From the human T2T-CHM13v2.0 reference genome, Homo sapiens: DNA of 64,000 nucleotides. Shown here in pieces: positions 1 to 58,409 of this stretch (position 1 is the first letter of the stretch; each line of letters starts with the position of its first letter). The notes under the pieces were generated by a model. That model saw nothing but the letters and a program-made list of their open reading frames with translations, searched no databases and was not told the origin of the DNA. The stretch is from the NCBI RefSeq assembly GCF_009914755.1, contig NC_060932.1; one strand, 5' to 3'. The position numbers were made by a program, and so were the translations under genes.

Positions 1-1086
1 AGGAGACTCATTTTGGGTTTCGGAACTTACCAAGGGGGTGAGATTTTGTGCTCCCACTTTTCACTTTCTCATCAAACACTGGGTCGATCTCTGTCAAAAA
101 TCAGGTGTTCCTCACCATGCTTTGAGCTTAACTGGACCAGCTGAAAAGAGGCCAAGAGAGTAGCCAGTGAAGGGAGCCCCTCTGTGGCCAGATGCAAGAG
201 CTGCATGAATGGACAGAGATGGTCCAGGTTTAAATAAGAAGCAAGGGTTAGGTTCCCTTGGGGAAAAGCCAAGACCATTTCCTGTTAGGAAGGGCATTGG
301 ATGGATGATCAACACTCCCTCTTGTCGAAGGTTTTTGACTAATTTTGTTGGGATGCTAAATCCATAGGAAATAAAAGGTCTAGGCAGAAAGTCTCAGGGC
401 AGCGTAAATCAGATGTCACCAAAAAAAGTTAATTATGAAGGCAAAGGAAATACATGTGACTTAATGAACCTCACACAAACTGAAGGTTGAAGTCAGGCTC
501 CGGGGCTTTTTCCTGGACTTATCCTCTGTTTTCCCCTGTGTACTTGGGCAAGGATCTTCACCTGTGTCTTAGTATCGATTTTTATGAATCAGTACTGATG
601 GAGTATATGTGTGTTTAATGGTGAATATTAACCATAGAAGGGCTGAGTGCTCCTCCCCATCTTGGGACTCATAATCTGTGAAATAAAACAGTCTGGGCCT
701 CCCTGCCCGGGTAGCATCAGGATAGACAGATGAAGAGAAGAGAAAGTAATGTGTCTTGGGCATCTTCTGTATGCCAGGCACCATGCCAGAGGCTTTAAGT
801 ACTTCATCTTACTTGACTCCTCAGATGGCCCTGTTAGAAGCCTATTTTATGCAAAAGGAAACTGTAGCTGGGGGTAAGTAACTTGCCAAGGGGTCACACA
901 GCTAGAAAGCGGTGGACCCTAGATGCAGGCGCAGCCATTCAGACCCCACAGTCCACATTCCTTTGAGCCAGTCCATTGAGGGTCCTCAGGGAATGTGGCG
1001 GGTCCCCTGGTCTCGCTCCCCCGCAGATCTTGCATCTCAGCATGCGCCTACCACATCAGTTGACATTAGCACAGCTTTTCCATTAG

Positions 1087-11140
<10,054 letters not shown>

Positions 11141-12667
11141 CGCGGCTCTCACATGGTGGTTCCTGCTGCACTGATGGCCCAGGGGTCTCTGGTATCCAGA
11201 TGGAGCTCTCGCTTCCTCAGCAGCTGTGACTTTCACCCAGGACCCAGGACGCAGCCCTCCGTGGGCACTGCCGGCGCCTTGTCTGCACACTGGAGGTCCT
11301 CCATTACAGAGGCCCAGCGCACATCGCTGGCCCCACAAACGTTCAGGGGTACAGCCATGGCAGCTCCTTCCTCTGCCGTGAGAAAAGTGCTTGGAGTACG
11401 GTTTGCCACACACGTGACTGGACAGTGTCCAATTCAAATCTTTCAGGGCAGAGTCCGAGCAGCGCTTGGTGACAGCCTGTCCTCTCCTGCTCTCCAAAGG
11501 CCCTGCTCCCTGTCCTCTCTCACTTTACAGCTTGTGTTTCTTCTGGATTCAGCTTCTCCTAAACAGACAGTTTAATTATAGTTGCGGCCTGGCCCCATCC
11601 TCACTTCCTCTTTTTATTTCACTGCTGCTAAAATTGTGTTTTTACCTACTACTTTGGTGGTTGTCCTCTTTTCGGCAAAGTTGGAGCGAGTGCCAAGCTC
11701 TCCATCTGTGGTCCTTTCTGCCAAGAGCGACTCATAGTAACCAGGATGGGAGAGCAGCTGCCTTATTCTGAATCCCAAAAATTACTTGGGGGTGATTGTC
11801 ACAGAGGAGGGACAGAAAGGGTATCTGCTGACCACCAGCCTGCCTACCCATGCCCATGTCTCCATTCCTGCTCAAGCGTGTGTGCTGGGCCGGGGAGTCC
11901 CTGTCTCTCACAGCATCTAGCAGTATTATTAAATGGATTCATTTTAAAAATAGCTCCTATATTTTGTAACATGTCTCAAACACTCATACTGGGTTCCACA
12001 ATCCACTGTTAGAATACCTATGGTTAGGGCTTCTGAACTAAAATAATGGAAAATTTTAACAATTTGTATAGTGCCTGGATCATTACTAGTGCCATAACCC
12101 TGCTTCTTCAACATTTCACAGAACTTCTCTTTTATATAAAGGCAAGAGCACAAAATGAGTTCAGATGATCACAAACAGGTGAGTTTTGTTGGAGAAGAAA
12201 GTTGGAGTAGGAGACTTTCACAAGTGGTTTCCATGGAGATAGAATGAAGCATTCTGTGGTCAAGTAAGTTTAGGGAGCTATTCATGTTTCACTTGCTTTG
12301 TGGAGATTCACACTATGCACTGGGAAAGTATCTGAAAAGTCTTATAATAAAGAAACAGGCTTAACTTTGTGTAAGAACACTGTTTATCAATGTCATTTGG
12401 CTATAGAAACATTTTCTCCTGCTGATTGTGTGTGTGAAACATGTATTAACATTCCAATGAACTAGCATTTAATAAAGCACAATTTTGGAAACCCTGGTAA
12501 ATGACAGTGGGAAATAACACCCGAAAGGCAAGGACGGGCAGATTGGGGAGGGAAAGGATGTTGGGCTAAGGGCTGTGAGCTTATGTTACAGGCAACTGAG
12601 CCACTGAAGAATTTTGACGAAGAAAATGCCAACCAAAGCAGTCATTTTAAAAGTTTATGGCTGTTCA

Positions 12668-13121
<454 letters not shown>

Positions 13122-14494
13122 TTAAGGAGGAATAATTCTTCAGAGCAAAATAATCTGAATATCACCTGGAATAGAGATTGGACAGAAAAAAGTGTGAACA
13201 GGGAAAACTAGGACAAGTCATATATGTAAATGAGAGTATAAAGAGTAAATGAGAGTGGTCACTGCTCACTGCAGCTTAACTAATCAGATAGTTAAGTTGC
13301 AGGCATAAAGTTTTTTTAACTTTTATTCCTCAAGTAATAAATTGAGGAAAATACAAATATGTACAAAATTTTTACAAAAGCTATCCATAAAAGGGCAAGT
13401 AGTAATATATAGAAAAGATCTACCAGATTAGTAACAAACTACCCCCATTAGGAAAATGGTAAATGATATGAATAGGAAATTCAAAAAAAGAATTACAGAT
13501 TTCCAATAAGCATAACTTAAGATATACACTGATATTGTAAGGAAACACAATCACCACAACCTTGCTAATCAAAGAAACTAATGATATTTATTGGAAAATA
13601 ATGGGAATTTTTAATAGACTGGGTTAGAAGACTAGAAGTGTACGTCCCAAAATATTAATAGTTCAGCTGTAGGGTGAGATCACTGATTTTAATTTTCTCC
13701 TTTTATACATTTTTCCAGATTTCTCTACAGCAACTACGTATCATTTTGTAATAAATTTTAATTTTTCGATGCACAAAGCAATTGCCTGGAATTGCAGTTC
13801 GATATGAACCCAGGAGTTACGCTTGTAAAATAAACTATTGCTGATGTGACATTTCCATTTCTCAAGCAGACTGTAAATTTCTCAGATGTAGGTCATCATG
13901 TTATAATTAGGGTTCCATTGCTCATGATCTAGATGAAACACTTCTCCCTTTCTTGTGGTCTCTTCATTAATTTGGTCCCTACCGCAAAGGCAGGGGGATT
14001 AAAAATAAAATATCTTTTGACACTGGTTGGCAGGTGTACTAACACGTGTGCGGGAGGATTCCTGTTCTCGGCATGGTTCACGCCGGGCTCCGGCAGCGCC
14101 CTAGTACGTAAGGGGCTGCACTGGAGTGTGGACTGCCCGGTATCCTTAGAGAAAGTTTTGACAGTGTGACGCCAGTGTCGCCTCTAACCACGTACAAAAC
14201 GCGCCATGCATTGGGTAGCTATTACAGTGCACATTTTTGTGCAGGAAGCTACCCCACCAGCGCAAGTATTTCAGAATCAAGATCGCACTCCCGTTTCCCC
14301 TTCTAGGGAAAGGATTCCAGATAAACACTGAGAAAACAGATTTAATATCTTAGGTCAAAACTCCAGGTCTTCCCATAGGAAGGCCCCTGGGCTGTCATTC
14401 TGAGGTGCCTATTTCCCCCGCGCCGTGTCCACGTCCACGAGTCCACGAACCCTCCGAGTTCTCTCTCCTCACCTGCCGAGGGCTCGCCCCTCTA

Positions 14495-14530
14495 GCCCCG
14501 CCCCGCCCCGCCCAGGACGCGTGACGTCAC
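14495..14530 (+). promoter_or_regulatory. POLB: Tandem GC boxes (Sp1) and palindromic ATF/CRE site GTGACGTCAC (14521-14530)
   Basis: gccccgccccgccccgccc then gtgacgtcac; matches the described POLB core promoter (GC boxes + CRE). Confidence 0.9.
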
Positions 14531-14670
14531 AACAAGCGCCGTGCGCCCCGCCCCCCATCGGGGGCAACCATTGTTCCGCCGGTCGCGCCGGAGCTGGGTT
14601 GCTCCTGCTCCCGTCTCCAAGTCCTGGTACCTCCTTCAAGCTGGGAGAGGGCTCTAGTCCCTGGTTCTGA

Positions 14671-47953
<33,283 letters not shown>

Positions 47954-48082
47954 GGCCTGTATCCTCCCTGGCAGACACAACCCAATAGGAGTCTTAATTT
48001 ATTTCTTAACCTTTGCTATGTAAGGGTCTTTGGTGTTTTTAAATGATTGTTTCTTCTTCATGCTTTTGCTTGCAATGTAGTC

Positions 48083-48088
48083 AATAAA
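48083..48088 (+). terminator. POLB: POLB polyadenylation signal AATAAA
   Basis: AATAAA 130 nt after stop, followed by T-rich sequence. Confidence 0.85.
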
Positions 48089-48325
48089 ACCTCATGTACT
48101 ATTATTGGATGATGATGATCTTATTTTCTTAGCAAGTATGTTTAGTTTAAATTTTCATATTGTGTTCATGATCATACTTTACTATGGGTTTTGTAGAGAG
48201 AAATATGAGATGATAGCAGATCTTTAATGGGAATTTTTATTTTCTCATATTCTGCTCTATGCTATAAACCACATTACCCCTACTTACTGATCAAAAATTG
48301 TTAATTAAGGTACACCCAGAGACTA

Positions 48326-48670
<345 letters not shown>

Positions 48671-48705
48671 TCATAAATTTAGTTTTTTGTTGGGCCCATA
48701 TTTGA

Positions 48706-49123
48706 TTGTGTCAGTCCATTCTTGCATTGCTCTAAAAGAATACTGGAGACTGGGTAGTTTATGAAGGAAAAAGGTTTAATTGGCTCATGGTTCTGCTGAC
48801 TGTATAGGAAGCATGGCACTGGCATCTGCTAAGCTTCTTGGGAGGCCTCAGGAAGGTTTTACTCATGCTGGGAGATGAAGTGGGAGCAGGCACTTCACAT
48901 GGTGAAAGCAGGAGCGAGAGAGAGAGAGGAGGTGCCACACTTTTAAACAACCAGATCTTGTGTCAACTAACAGAACTCACTCATCACCAAGGGGATGGTG
49001 CTGAGCCATTCAGGAGGAATCCGCCCCCATGGTCCAGTCACCTCCCACCAGGCCCCACCTCCAATACTGGAGGTCACATTTCAAGCATGAGATACGGAGG
49101 GGATAAACGTCCAAACCATATCA
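48706..49123. mobile_element. MST-type MaLR solo LTR
   Basis: 'tgtgtcagtccatt..gcattgct.taaa.gaatac.gagactgggta.ttta...ggtttaattggctcatggttctgc...acctcccaccaggccccacctccaa...caaaccatatca'. Confidence 0.8.
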
Positions 49124-49753
49124 TTGAATCTTGTAATATAAACTTATAACCTGAATAGAAAAACAGGTGTATGATTTATCTCTTAAATCTGTAGCACTTG
49201 CTTGAAATCCACTAGAAAGAGCTCCCCTAAGCACAACCACTTCTATGCACAAAATACAGCCCTTTTAAACTTCAAACAAACAAAAATTTCACTTTTTTGC
49301 CCGAGTTCTCCTCTGGGCTTTTAAGCACAAGTGGTCAAAATGTGTAAGTAAAAACACTCCTTGAAAGCCCTGCCTTTCAAATATTAAAATTATATAAATA
49401 TAAAATATACAAAGTTATCAAATGGTAAGTAAAGCTACTGAAAACGTGAAAATGCTTTATAACTTGCAAAGGACTATACAAACATAAGATATCTTGAAAC
49501 TTCTTTATTAACCAAATTATTTTGTAGTGAAATGCCATTTCCCTTCTAAGAAATGAATGGAAATAAACAATAGAGTTATTAAGGAAAAATATAGTATTTG
49601 CTGTGATAATTTTCCTGGTAAGATGTAAGAATTAATTTACTTTTAACTTCAGATGCTATCATTTTTTACCCCCTAGGATACTGTCAGGCACCAACCCTTC
49701 ACCAGAAATTGTTTAAAGATTTATTTGGAGAGAGAGATGTGGCTCGGTTATAG

Positions 49754-50126
<373 letters not shown>

Positions 50127-50380
50127 TTCAATTCTTAAAGATTTGAATTAATTGAGTCCCTAGATTAGAAATAATTTTTTTGGTTACAGAGTCCCATCAG
50201 TTTTCTGGAAAAACGGACAAAAGGCTAAAGCTAGTTTCATTCATCACAAGGTCGCCATCTCTTAGTTCTCTAGTTTCAGGCTATTTCACTTGCTACAAGA
50301 TTTGATTTTAAGAGAGATCTGTATGGAAGCATTTTAAAGTTAATGTCCAAGATTGAGCTCAAATGCAATGTGGATTCTTC

Positions 50381-50386
50381 TTTATT
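50381..50386 (-). terminator. DKK4: Candidate DKK4 polyadenylation signal AATAAA
   Basis: tttatt on + strand, 9 nt beyond the stop codon. Confidence 0.6.
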
Positions 50387-50395
50387 TTGAAATAT

Positions 50396-50655
50396 TTATA
50401 GCTTTTCTATTTTTTGGCATACTCTTAATCGAGCATGCTGCCGATTGCTGGTCAATTGGCTTCGACACAGTAGTCCAGGGCCACAGTCGCAACGCTGGAA
50501 GATTTCTGGAGCTTGAGCAGTGTCTTTATGCCCTCTTCTGGAGCAGACCTGTCCCTCCAAAAGGACTGGCTTACAAATTTTCGTCCAAAAATGACGAGCA
50601 CAGCAAAGTCCAGGGCCACAGTCAAAAGTTCTCAGACAACTTTCTCCCTCTTGTC
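50396..50655 (-). CDS. DKK4: DKK4 exon 4 (coding part)
   Basis: tacag|GACAA...CTATAA; colipase-fold CRD2. Confidence 0.96.
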
Positions 50656-53341
50656 CTGTAACAAGGTTAATGTGGGCTTTAGTGATAAATAAGGAAAGTG
50701 GCCTGCTGGGGGTTTGCTACTGGGATAAGGGAATGGGACCTATGACTGACAGCCACAAAGTAAAAACAGACACAGCACGCAGGTCTCACAGAGCTAGGTG
50801 TTACGCTAAAAGCAGTAATGCCATGGCGACTCCACCCCTACCCATCAGAATTGATCGTTGTTACTGGCTGCAGACTACCTTAGGCTACTCTCTACGTGAC
50901 CCCCACAGCTTCTTACAGAAAGAGATAACAAACAGCACATGCTTCCTAAGTGTTTCTGGGATGGAGAAGAATAAAATCAGTCTCACCCTATCCTTAAGAG
51001 GCTGGGAGGAGAAAATGCATTTCTGAAATAAAATATGCTGCGAATGCTGTTCTTACCCTTCCTGCCTTGTGATTTCTTAATACTTGGCTTCCTTTTGGGT
51101 TGGTTTTCCTGGACTGGGTGCCCAGTTGTTCCTTCTGCATGTGTGCCATCTTGCTCATCAAGCTGCCTTTCTAATATTGGGGTTGCATCTTCCATCGTAG
51201 TACAAACATCTGAGGGACAACCAGGTGTAACTAGAATTATTAACTTCAAGGGGGAGAACCACAGACACACTAATTATCCTACTGTTGCATAGTTTGGCAG
51301 CACCTCTGCCTTCAGTTTATATATAACTTTCTAGATTTCTGGAACATGTGCTAAATATTTACATGCTCGCATGTGGCAGAGAAAGTAGCTAAGTGGAAAT
51401 TGCATTCCATTAAAGGTAGTTAATGGTATCCAAGTGGAAATGGAAGTATTTGAATGATTACAACTTGAGTCTTTCCTTTAAAATCATTATCTCCAAGTCA
51501 TTGGCAAGAGCTGTTGCCAGGAAATAAATTATTTTGTTTCATTAAGAAAAGGCAAGCCGGGTCCGGTGGCTTACGCTTGTAATCCCAGCACTTTGGGAGG
51601 CCGAGGTAGGTGGATCACCTGAGGTCAGAAGTTCGAGACTAGCCTGACCAACATGGTGAAACCCTATCTCTACTAAAAATAACAAAAATTAGCCGGGCAT
51701 GGTGGTACATGCCTGTAGTCCTAGTTACTCCAGAGGCTGAGGCAGGAGAACCACCTGAACCCGGAGGCCGAGGCTGCAGTGAGCTGTGGACAACAAGGGC
51801 GAAACTCCGCCTCAGAAAAAAAAAAAAAAGGAAAAGAAAAGGCAGCTGCATACATTTACTTCAAGCATGAATCTAGGAAGCACCATTAGAGAGTGCCTAC
51901 CCTGGAATATTCTAGTCTATGGGGCTTAGACACTACCTTCGGTTTAAAAACCACTGTTGGCGTTATGTCGCTCACCGTTCACACAGAGTGTCCCAGGGCA
52001 GCACATGGCATCTCGCTGGCACCTCCTCCGCAACCCACGACATGTAGCACAGAACGGCTTCTCATCGCGGGGCTGGAGGCAGAACTTTCTGGTATTGCAG
52101 TCCGTGTCAGACAGGCACTGTGAGCCCTGTGGAGGGAATCTGTTATCACAAGGCTAGGAAACCCCCAACACGATGGAAGATGACTTATTATTGAAGGCAG
52201 GAGGCGGAGGGAGCCAAAGGACAGTGGCGCTGTGACAAACCCTGGGCAGCATCTTACTCTCCAGTGGAAATGGTTTTCTCCCACAAAGGGAAGCTCATGT
52301 CACCCGGGGAGACCTAGGCGCTGCAAAGGCTATTTGAGTTTGAAAAATTGACTTAACTCAGAATTTAGTTTTCCTGTGCTCTTTGTGAAAATGGGAAAAA
52401 ATGTTTTCCTATGTGTGTCTTAACAGGTGAGTATGAGATTTTCAATATATCTTAACTCTAGAAGCTGGCTACAGTTTCATTAAACATACTATTGATGTTT
52501 GTGGCATTCCTATTTGATTTTTTACTCTAGTGAATCACATTTAGCTTAGAGACCCTTCCCTAAGTGAACTGTCCTTTGATTTTCAATGATGCCTCATTGA
52601 CATAGAGAAAGAGATACCGAAGATCAATTGTTCTCATACACAGTTGATGCTTCTACATAGACATACAACGTAGGTGTAGCATATATGATATATGTAATAA
52701 TCTATACGATATATAATAACATATACACATACATAAAGCGATTCCTAAAACAACTCTCTCTGTGAAGTTAGATGGTGACAAGGCAATGCATCATGGCCCT
52801 CTGTTTAAATTCTCATTCCCATGTTTGCTTGCTGGCTGTGTGAGCTTGGGTAAGCTCTTCAACATCTCTGAGTCTTATTTCCTCATCTGGAATTAGGGAA
52901 TGTTTCACCTATCTCAAATTGTGAGGAAGAGTACATGACGTATTACATGTAAAAGAGCTGGCACATAGTAGAGCTTCCAAAGTGTTCGTTTATTTCGTGA
53001 TTTATAGACAAACGTATGGCCGAATGATGTGAAAAGCCACTGTGTTTATTTCATACATTCACACTAAGGCCACTGATCCTACCAGGATGCCCTCCCAAAT
53101 CCGAAACCAATTCAATTTACCTGCTAGGTAAGACATTTCATACATGAATCAGAATGACTTACTAAAGCCTAAACAAAACACCCCAGCTGTCAGCAGTCCC
53201 GTACCTCGCCCCCCTCCCTAGCAGCCTTACCTTCCGGGCCCCATGCAGGTCAGCAGAGCTCCTGATGTTGTTGAAGTCCAGGACCAGAGCTCCCAGGGGA
53301 GAGCAGAGCCAGCTCAGCCCCAGCAGGACGGCCGCCACCAT
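50396..53341 (-). CDS. DKK4: Dickkopf WNT signaling inhibitor 4: complement join(53341-53231,52126-51976,51209-51057,50655-50396), 224 aa
   Basis: [25 protein letters not shown] (signal peptide), Cys-rich domain 1 [13 protein letters not shown]...[15 protein letters not shown]2 [30 protein letters not shown]...CQKIEKL*; 111+151+153+260=675 nt. Confidence 0.98.
51057..51209 (-). CDS. DKK4: DKK4 exon 3
   Basis: tcag|ATGTT...AAGG|gtaaga; [50 protein letters not shown]. Confidence 0.96.
51555..51840 (+). mobile_element. Alu in DKK4 intron 2 (internal deletion in right arm)
   Basis: Alu consensus. Confidence 0.88.
51976..52126 (-). CDS. DKK4: DKK4 exon 2
   Basis: acag|GGCTCA...GAACG|gtgagc; [50 protein letters not shown]. 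Confidence 0.96.
53231..53341 (-). CDS. DKK4: DKK4 exon 1 (coding part)
   Basis: ATG at 53341; ...CGGAAG|gtaagg. Confidence 0.96.
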
Positions 53342-53547
53342 CCTTCAATCCCGGGGCTCCTGGAGGGTCCCAGCACTGTGCGTCACCAAAGCGAGGCTGC
53401 TCTCCACCCAGAGCAGAGCTTCCACTAAGCTGGCAGCTCAGCACGTCGTCTGTTTGTCACTGCTTTTTCTGAAAGAAGTAAACCTTAGTCTGAGTAAGGT
53501 GCGTGAAATCGGCTGAGCAAAGTCTGACCAGCAGGTTCCTCCTGAAA

Positions 53548-53780
53548 CTATTTATAACCAGATGTGCCTCCTCCCCGCTCCGTTCCTTCCTCCTGCCCCA
53601 CACAGGCTTCAACAAATCCCTTCAAATCTGTTTGATCAATAGTTCAAAACAAGGACTCAATAGAAGGAGAGAAGAGGCAGGGCCATGCGGCTTCTCCTCC
53701 AGGGGTTCAATCCCTCTTAATTATTGCATATCAAAGTTAGTTCAAAGGGCCACGGCAGAGCAGGATGTCTGTATCAAAGG
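53548..53780 (-). promoter_or_regulatory. DKK4: DKK4 promoter: TATA box (53551-53556) and clustered TCF/LEF motifs
   Basis: TATAAATAG on -; ATCAAAG 53730 and 53773, TTCAAAG 53741, GTTTGAT 53630. Confidence 0.8.
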
Positions 53781-54885
53781 CAAACTCTGATAATCACCTG
53801 CATTTCCTACCTTCAGTAATCCTTTGGGGGTAGGGAGGGAGTCTGCCCTAAGATCTGTTTTCACAGCTAATTGTGCTCAAAGAAAGGATGAATCATACTG
53901 GCCAATATGCTATAGAGGATGCCAAAAACTAATGAGGTACAAAATACACTGAGAAGCTGTAAACTGGGCTTCAGATAGTGAGGACAGATAGAAAAAGAGA
54001 AAACGCCCCCTGATTAGCTCTGGCATCCAGATGTCAAAATCCCAACCGCTTAAAAGTTGTGAACGTAACAGCACCTGTTCTGACTAAATGCCATTTGGGA
54101 AATTACTTTCCTTTAAATGAAAATTGAACTGTTTGAAGTTAGGGTTATTAGGAAAATAATGTAATTTATGAAAATCCCATTTTTCAATGGTGGGAACAAT
54201 GATAGCGCATTTTACACAATTCAGTACGAAGCTTTGGGTCCATTTTATCAGCAACATATTTAATTTGTGTTGCATTATGTAAAACTCACTTAAGCAGAAC
54301 AAGGATCCAAGTCTCTGGCTGATTTCAGATGAAATTTCATGTATTTCCAATTTTCCTAATACGAATTTTTTAAAACTTCTGCTTCATCCCTTTCCTGTCT
54401 GATTTTTTTCCATTTGGACTATTAGTCAGGTAATTTAGACATGTGCTTATCACTGTCTTAAATACTTTAAGGGTAGAACAATCTAGATCTGGATCAAAAA
54501 ATCATTTTTTCTCTTCATTGTTTCATTGCTCTTAGCATAGAGTCATCTAAAATGCATTTTTTCTATGCCATAAATGATAATCTTATTATTTACTACATTT
54601 TCCTGCAGAACAACCTAACATCAATTCATTGACATGAATCTCAGCATTCTGTGCATGGGAACATTCTCAATTTTGAGTAATGCAGTGCCATTCCGAGGGT
54701 GATGCAGGTGATTCGAGCCTTCCTACTACTTGGCCCTTGTCCTTGGGTTGGTATTGCTTGTCTACCTCTCGTATGGAAGTTACTTGTTTTAATCCCTTAA
54801 ACTGACATCAAACAACACCCTTTGATAGCATGATAACCCTGGTGACTAGGGGTGTTACAGAATTTATTTTCAAGTTGTACAATTA

Positions 54886-55810
<925 letters not shown>

Positions 55811-56245
55811 GATCCAGATAGAAGACATGTACATATGGATGATTTCAATGTATTATGACAAGCACTAAAATAAAGGTATAAATATAAGGGTGGAGGACTT
55901 ATGAAGATATAAATACAGACGAAGGCATGATTTAGACTTTCTAGAGAAATAAAGGAATGTGTTTACAGATGAGGTAATATTTGAGCTGAATTTTGTTGGT
56001 TGCATAGGGGCTTCCTAAGTTGGGAAGTCGGAGATATCCTCACCTGGGCTCAGAGGGTGAGGTGTGTGCAAGAGGGAGGAGGTGCACTCAGGTGCTAGTG
56101 AGAGATTGTGTGGCTGCGGCAGATGATGGAAGGATGAGATGAAGCAAGATGCAGACCCTGATATGCCATGCTAAGAAAATCAGATTCTATTCTCTGCACA
56201 ATGTAAAGTCATTGGAGATATATCAGACTGAGAATGCCATGATCC

Positions 56246-56645
56246 GCTGGGTGCAGTGGCTCATGCTTGTACCCAGCACTTCGTGAGGAGGATAAAGCAA
56301 GAGGACCACTTGAGGCCAGGGAGCAGCCTGAACAACATAGCAAGACCCTGTCTCCACAAAAAATAAAAAACCTGGGCATGCCAGCACTTGCCTGTAGTCT
56401 CTGTTACTTGGGAAGGTGAGATGGGAGGATCACTTGAAGCCAGGAGTTCAAGAGCAGCCTGGGCAACATAACAAGAACCCATCTCTACGAAAAATACAAA
56501 AATTACCCTGGTGTGGTGGCACGTGTCTGCAGTCCTAGCTATTCAGGAGGCTGAGGCAAGAGGATTGCTTGAGCCTAGGAGGTCAAGGCTGCATGATCCT
56601 ATCCCTGCACTCAAGCCTGGGTGACAGAGCGAGACCCTGTCCTCC
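56246..56645 (+). mobile_element. Diverged AluJ-like elements
   Basis: Alu consensus. Confidence 0.8.
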
Positions 56646-56651
56646 CACCAA

Positions 56652-57289
56652 CAAGAAGGAAGGGAGGGAGGGAGGGAAAGAGAGAAAGAGAGACAGAGAA
56701 AGAAAGAAAGGAAGGAAGGAAAAAAGAAAGAAAAGAAAGAAGGGAAAGAAGAAGAGAGAGAGGAAGGAAGGAAGGGAGGGAAGGAGAGAGGGAGGGAGGG
56801 GGAGAGAGAGAGAGAAAGGAAGGAAGAAAAGAAAAGAAAAAAGAGAGGAAGGAAGGGTGAAAGGAAGGAAGGAAGAAAAAATGAAAGGAAGACAAACGAA
56901 AGGAAGGAAGGAGAGAGAAGGGAAGGAGAAAGAAAAAGAGAAAGAAAGAAAGAGGAAAGAAAGTGAGAGAAAGGAAGGAAGAAAGGAAGAAAGAGAAAGA
57001 AAAGAAAAGAAAAGAAAAAAGGGAGGGAGGAAGGGAGGAAAAAAGGAAGGAAGGAGAGAGTGGAAAGAGAGAGAGAGAGAGAGAAAGAGGAAGAATGTGA
57101 GAGAAAGGAAGAAAGAAAAAGAAAAGGAAGGAAGGAAGGAAGGAAGGGAGGAAAAAATAAATGAAAAAAGGAAGGAGAGAGAAAGGAAGGAGAAAGAAAG
57201 AGAGAGAAAGAGAAAGAAAATGAGAGAAAGAAAGAAAAAGAAAGAAGGAAAGAACGAACAAACGAAAGAAAGAGAAAGAAAAAGAAAGA
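56652..57289 (+). repeat. ~640-bp GA-rich low-complexity purine tract
   Basis: Mixed GGAA/GAAA/GA/GGGA units, almost no pyrimidines. Confidence 0.95.
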
Positions 57290-58030
57290 CACTGGTGTGA
57301 TCTAATTTGCTTTCAGGGCACAATGCTGGTGGCAGTATGGTGCTTAGGTTGCACTGGGAGAGAGGGGAGGTTGGGGGCCACTTAGGACTCAGTTGTCATT
57401 GCCCCGATGACAATGAAGAGGTCCAATTTGAGGCAGTGACACAGTGACAATGGGAACCAAGCAAAGGATGGGAGTCTGAAGTTCGAGCTGCATCACTGGA
57501 TGTGGGAGTGGGGAGGGAGGGGAGGAGGAGCTGGGATGATCCTGCCTTCTCTGATTTGGTGCACTGGGTGGGTAGAGGTGGGCCTAGAGACAGAGAATTC
57601 AGGATGAAAATCAGGTTGGGGGAGCAGGATAAGAGGGTGCCTTGAGAAAAGCTGTCCGCACAATCAACTGTTTGCAGGATATCTACTGTGGAGATATAAG
57701 AGTAGCCATTGTGTCTTCCACGAACCAGGCTCTCCGTTTTGCCTCTGAGAGACAGAGAGGAGTGGGTGCAAGCACCAGATGCCAGAGGATCACCAACAGG
57801 GGGTGAACAACACTGAAGAGCGACCCTGTGCCTGTCTGTGTCTGTCCATCTCTGTCTCTGTCTCAGCACTGACAGAATGTGGGCTTTGGGGCCGGGCCTG
57901 ACTCTATTACCAGCTGGGCCTCCTCTCCCCTGTCTGCCCTGATCTGTGCATACGCCAGCCTGTCACAGCGCTTCTAAAACCCCACTGCAATTGCCTACTT
58001 CTTTGTCTCTACAACTAGACCATGAGCTCG

Positions 58031-58409
<379 letters not shown>

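Noticed and set aside
56543-57323. Long ORFs of 216-249 aa on both strands
   Set aside because: Artefacts of the stop-free GA/CT low-complexity tract
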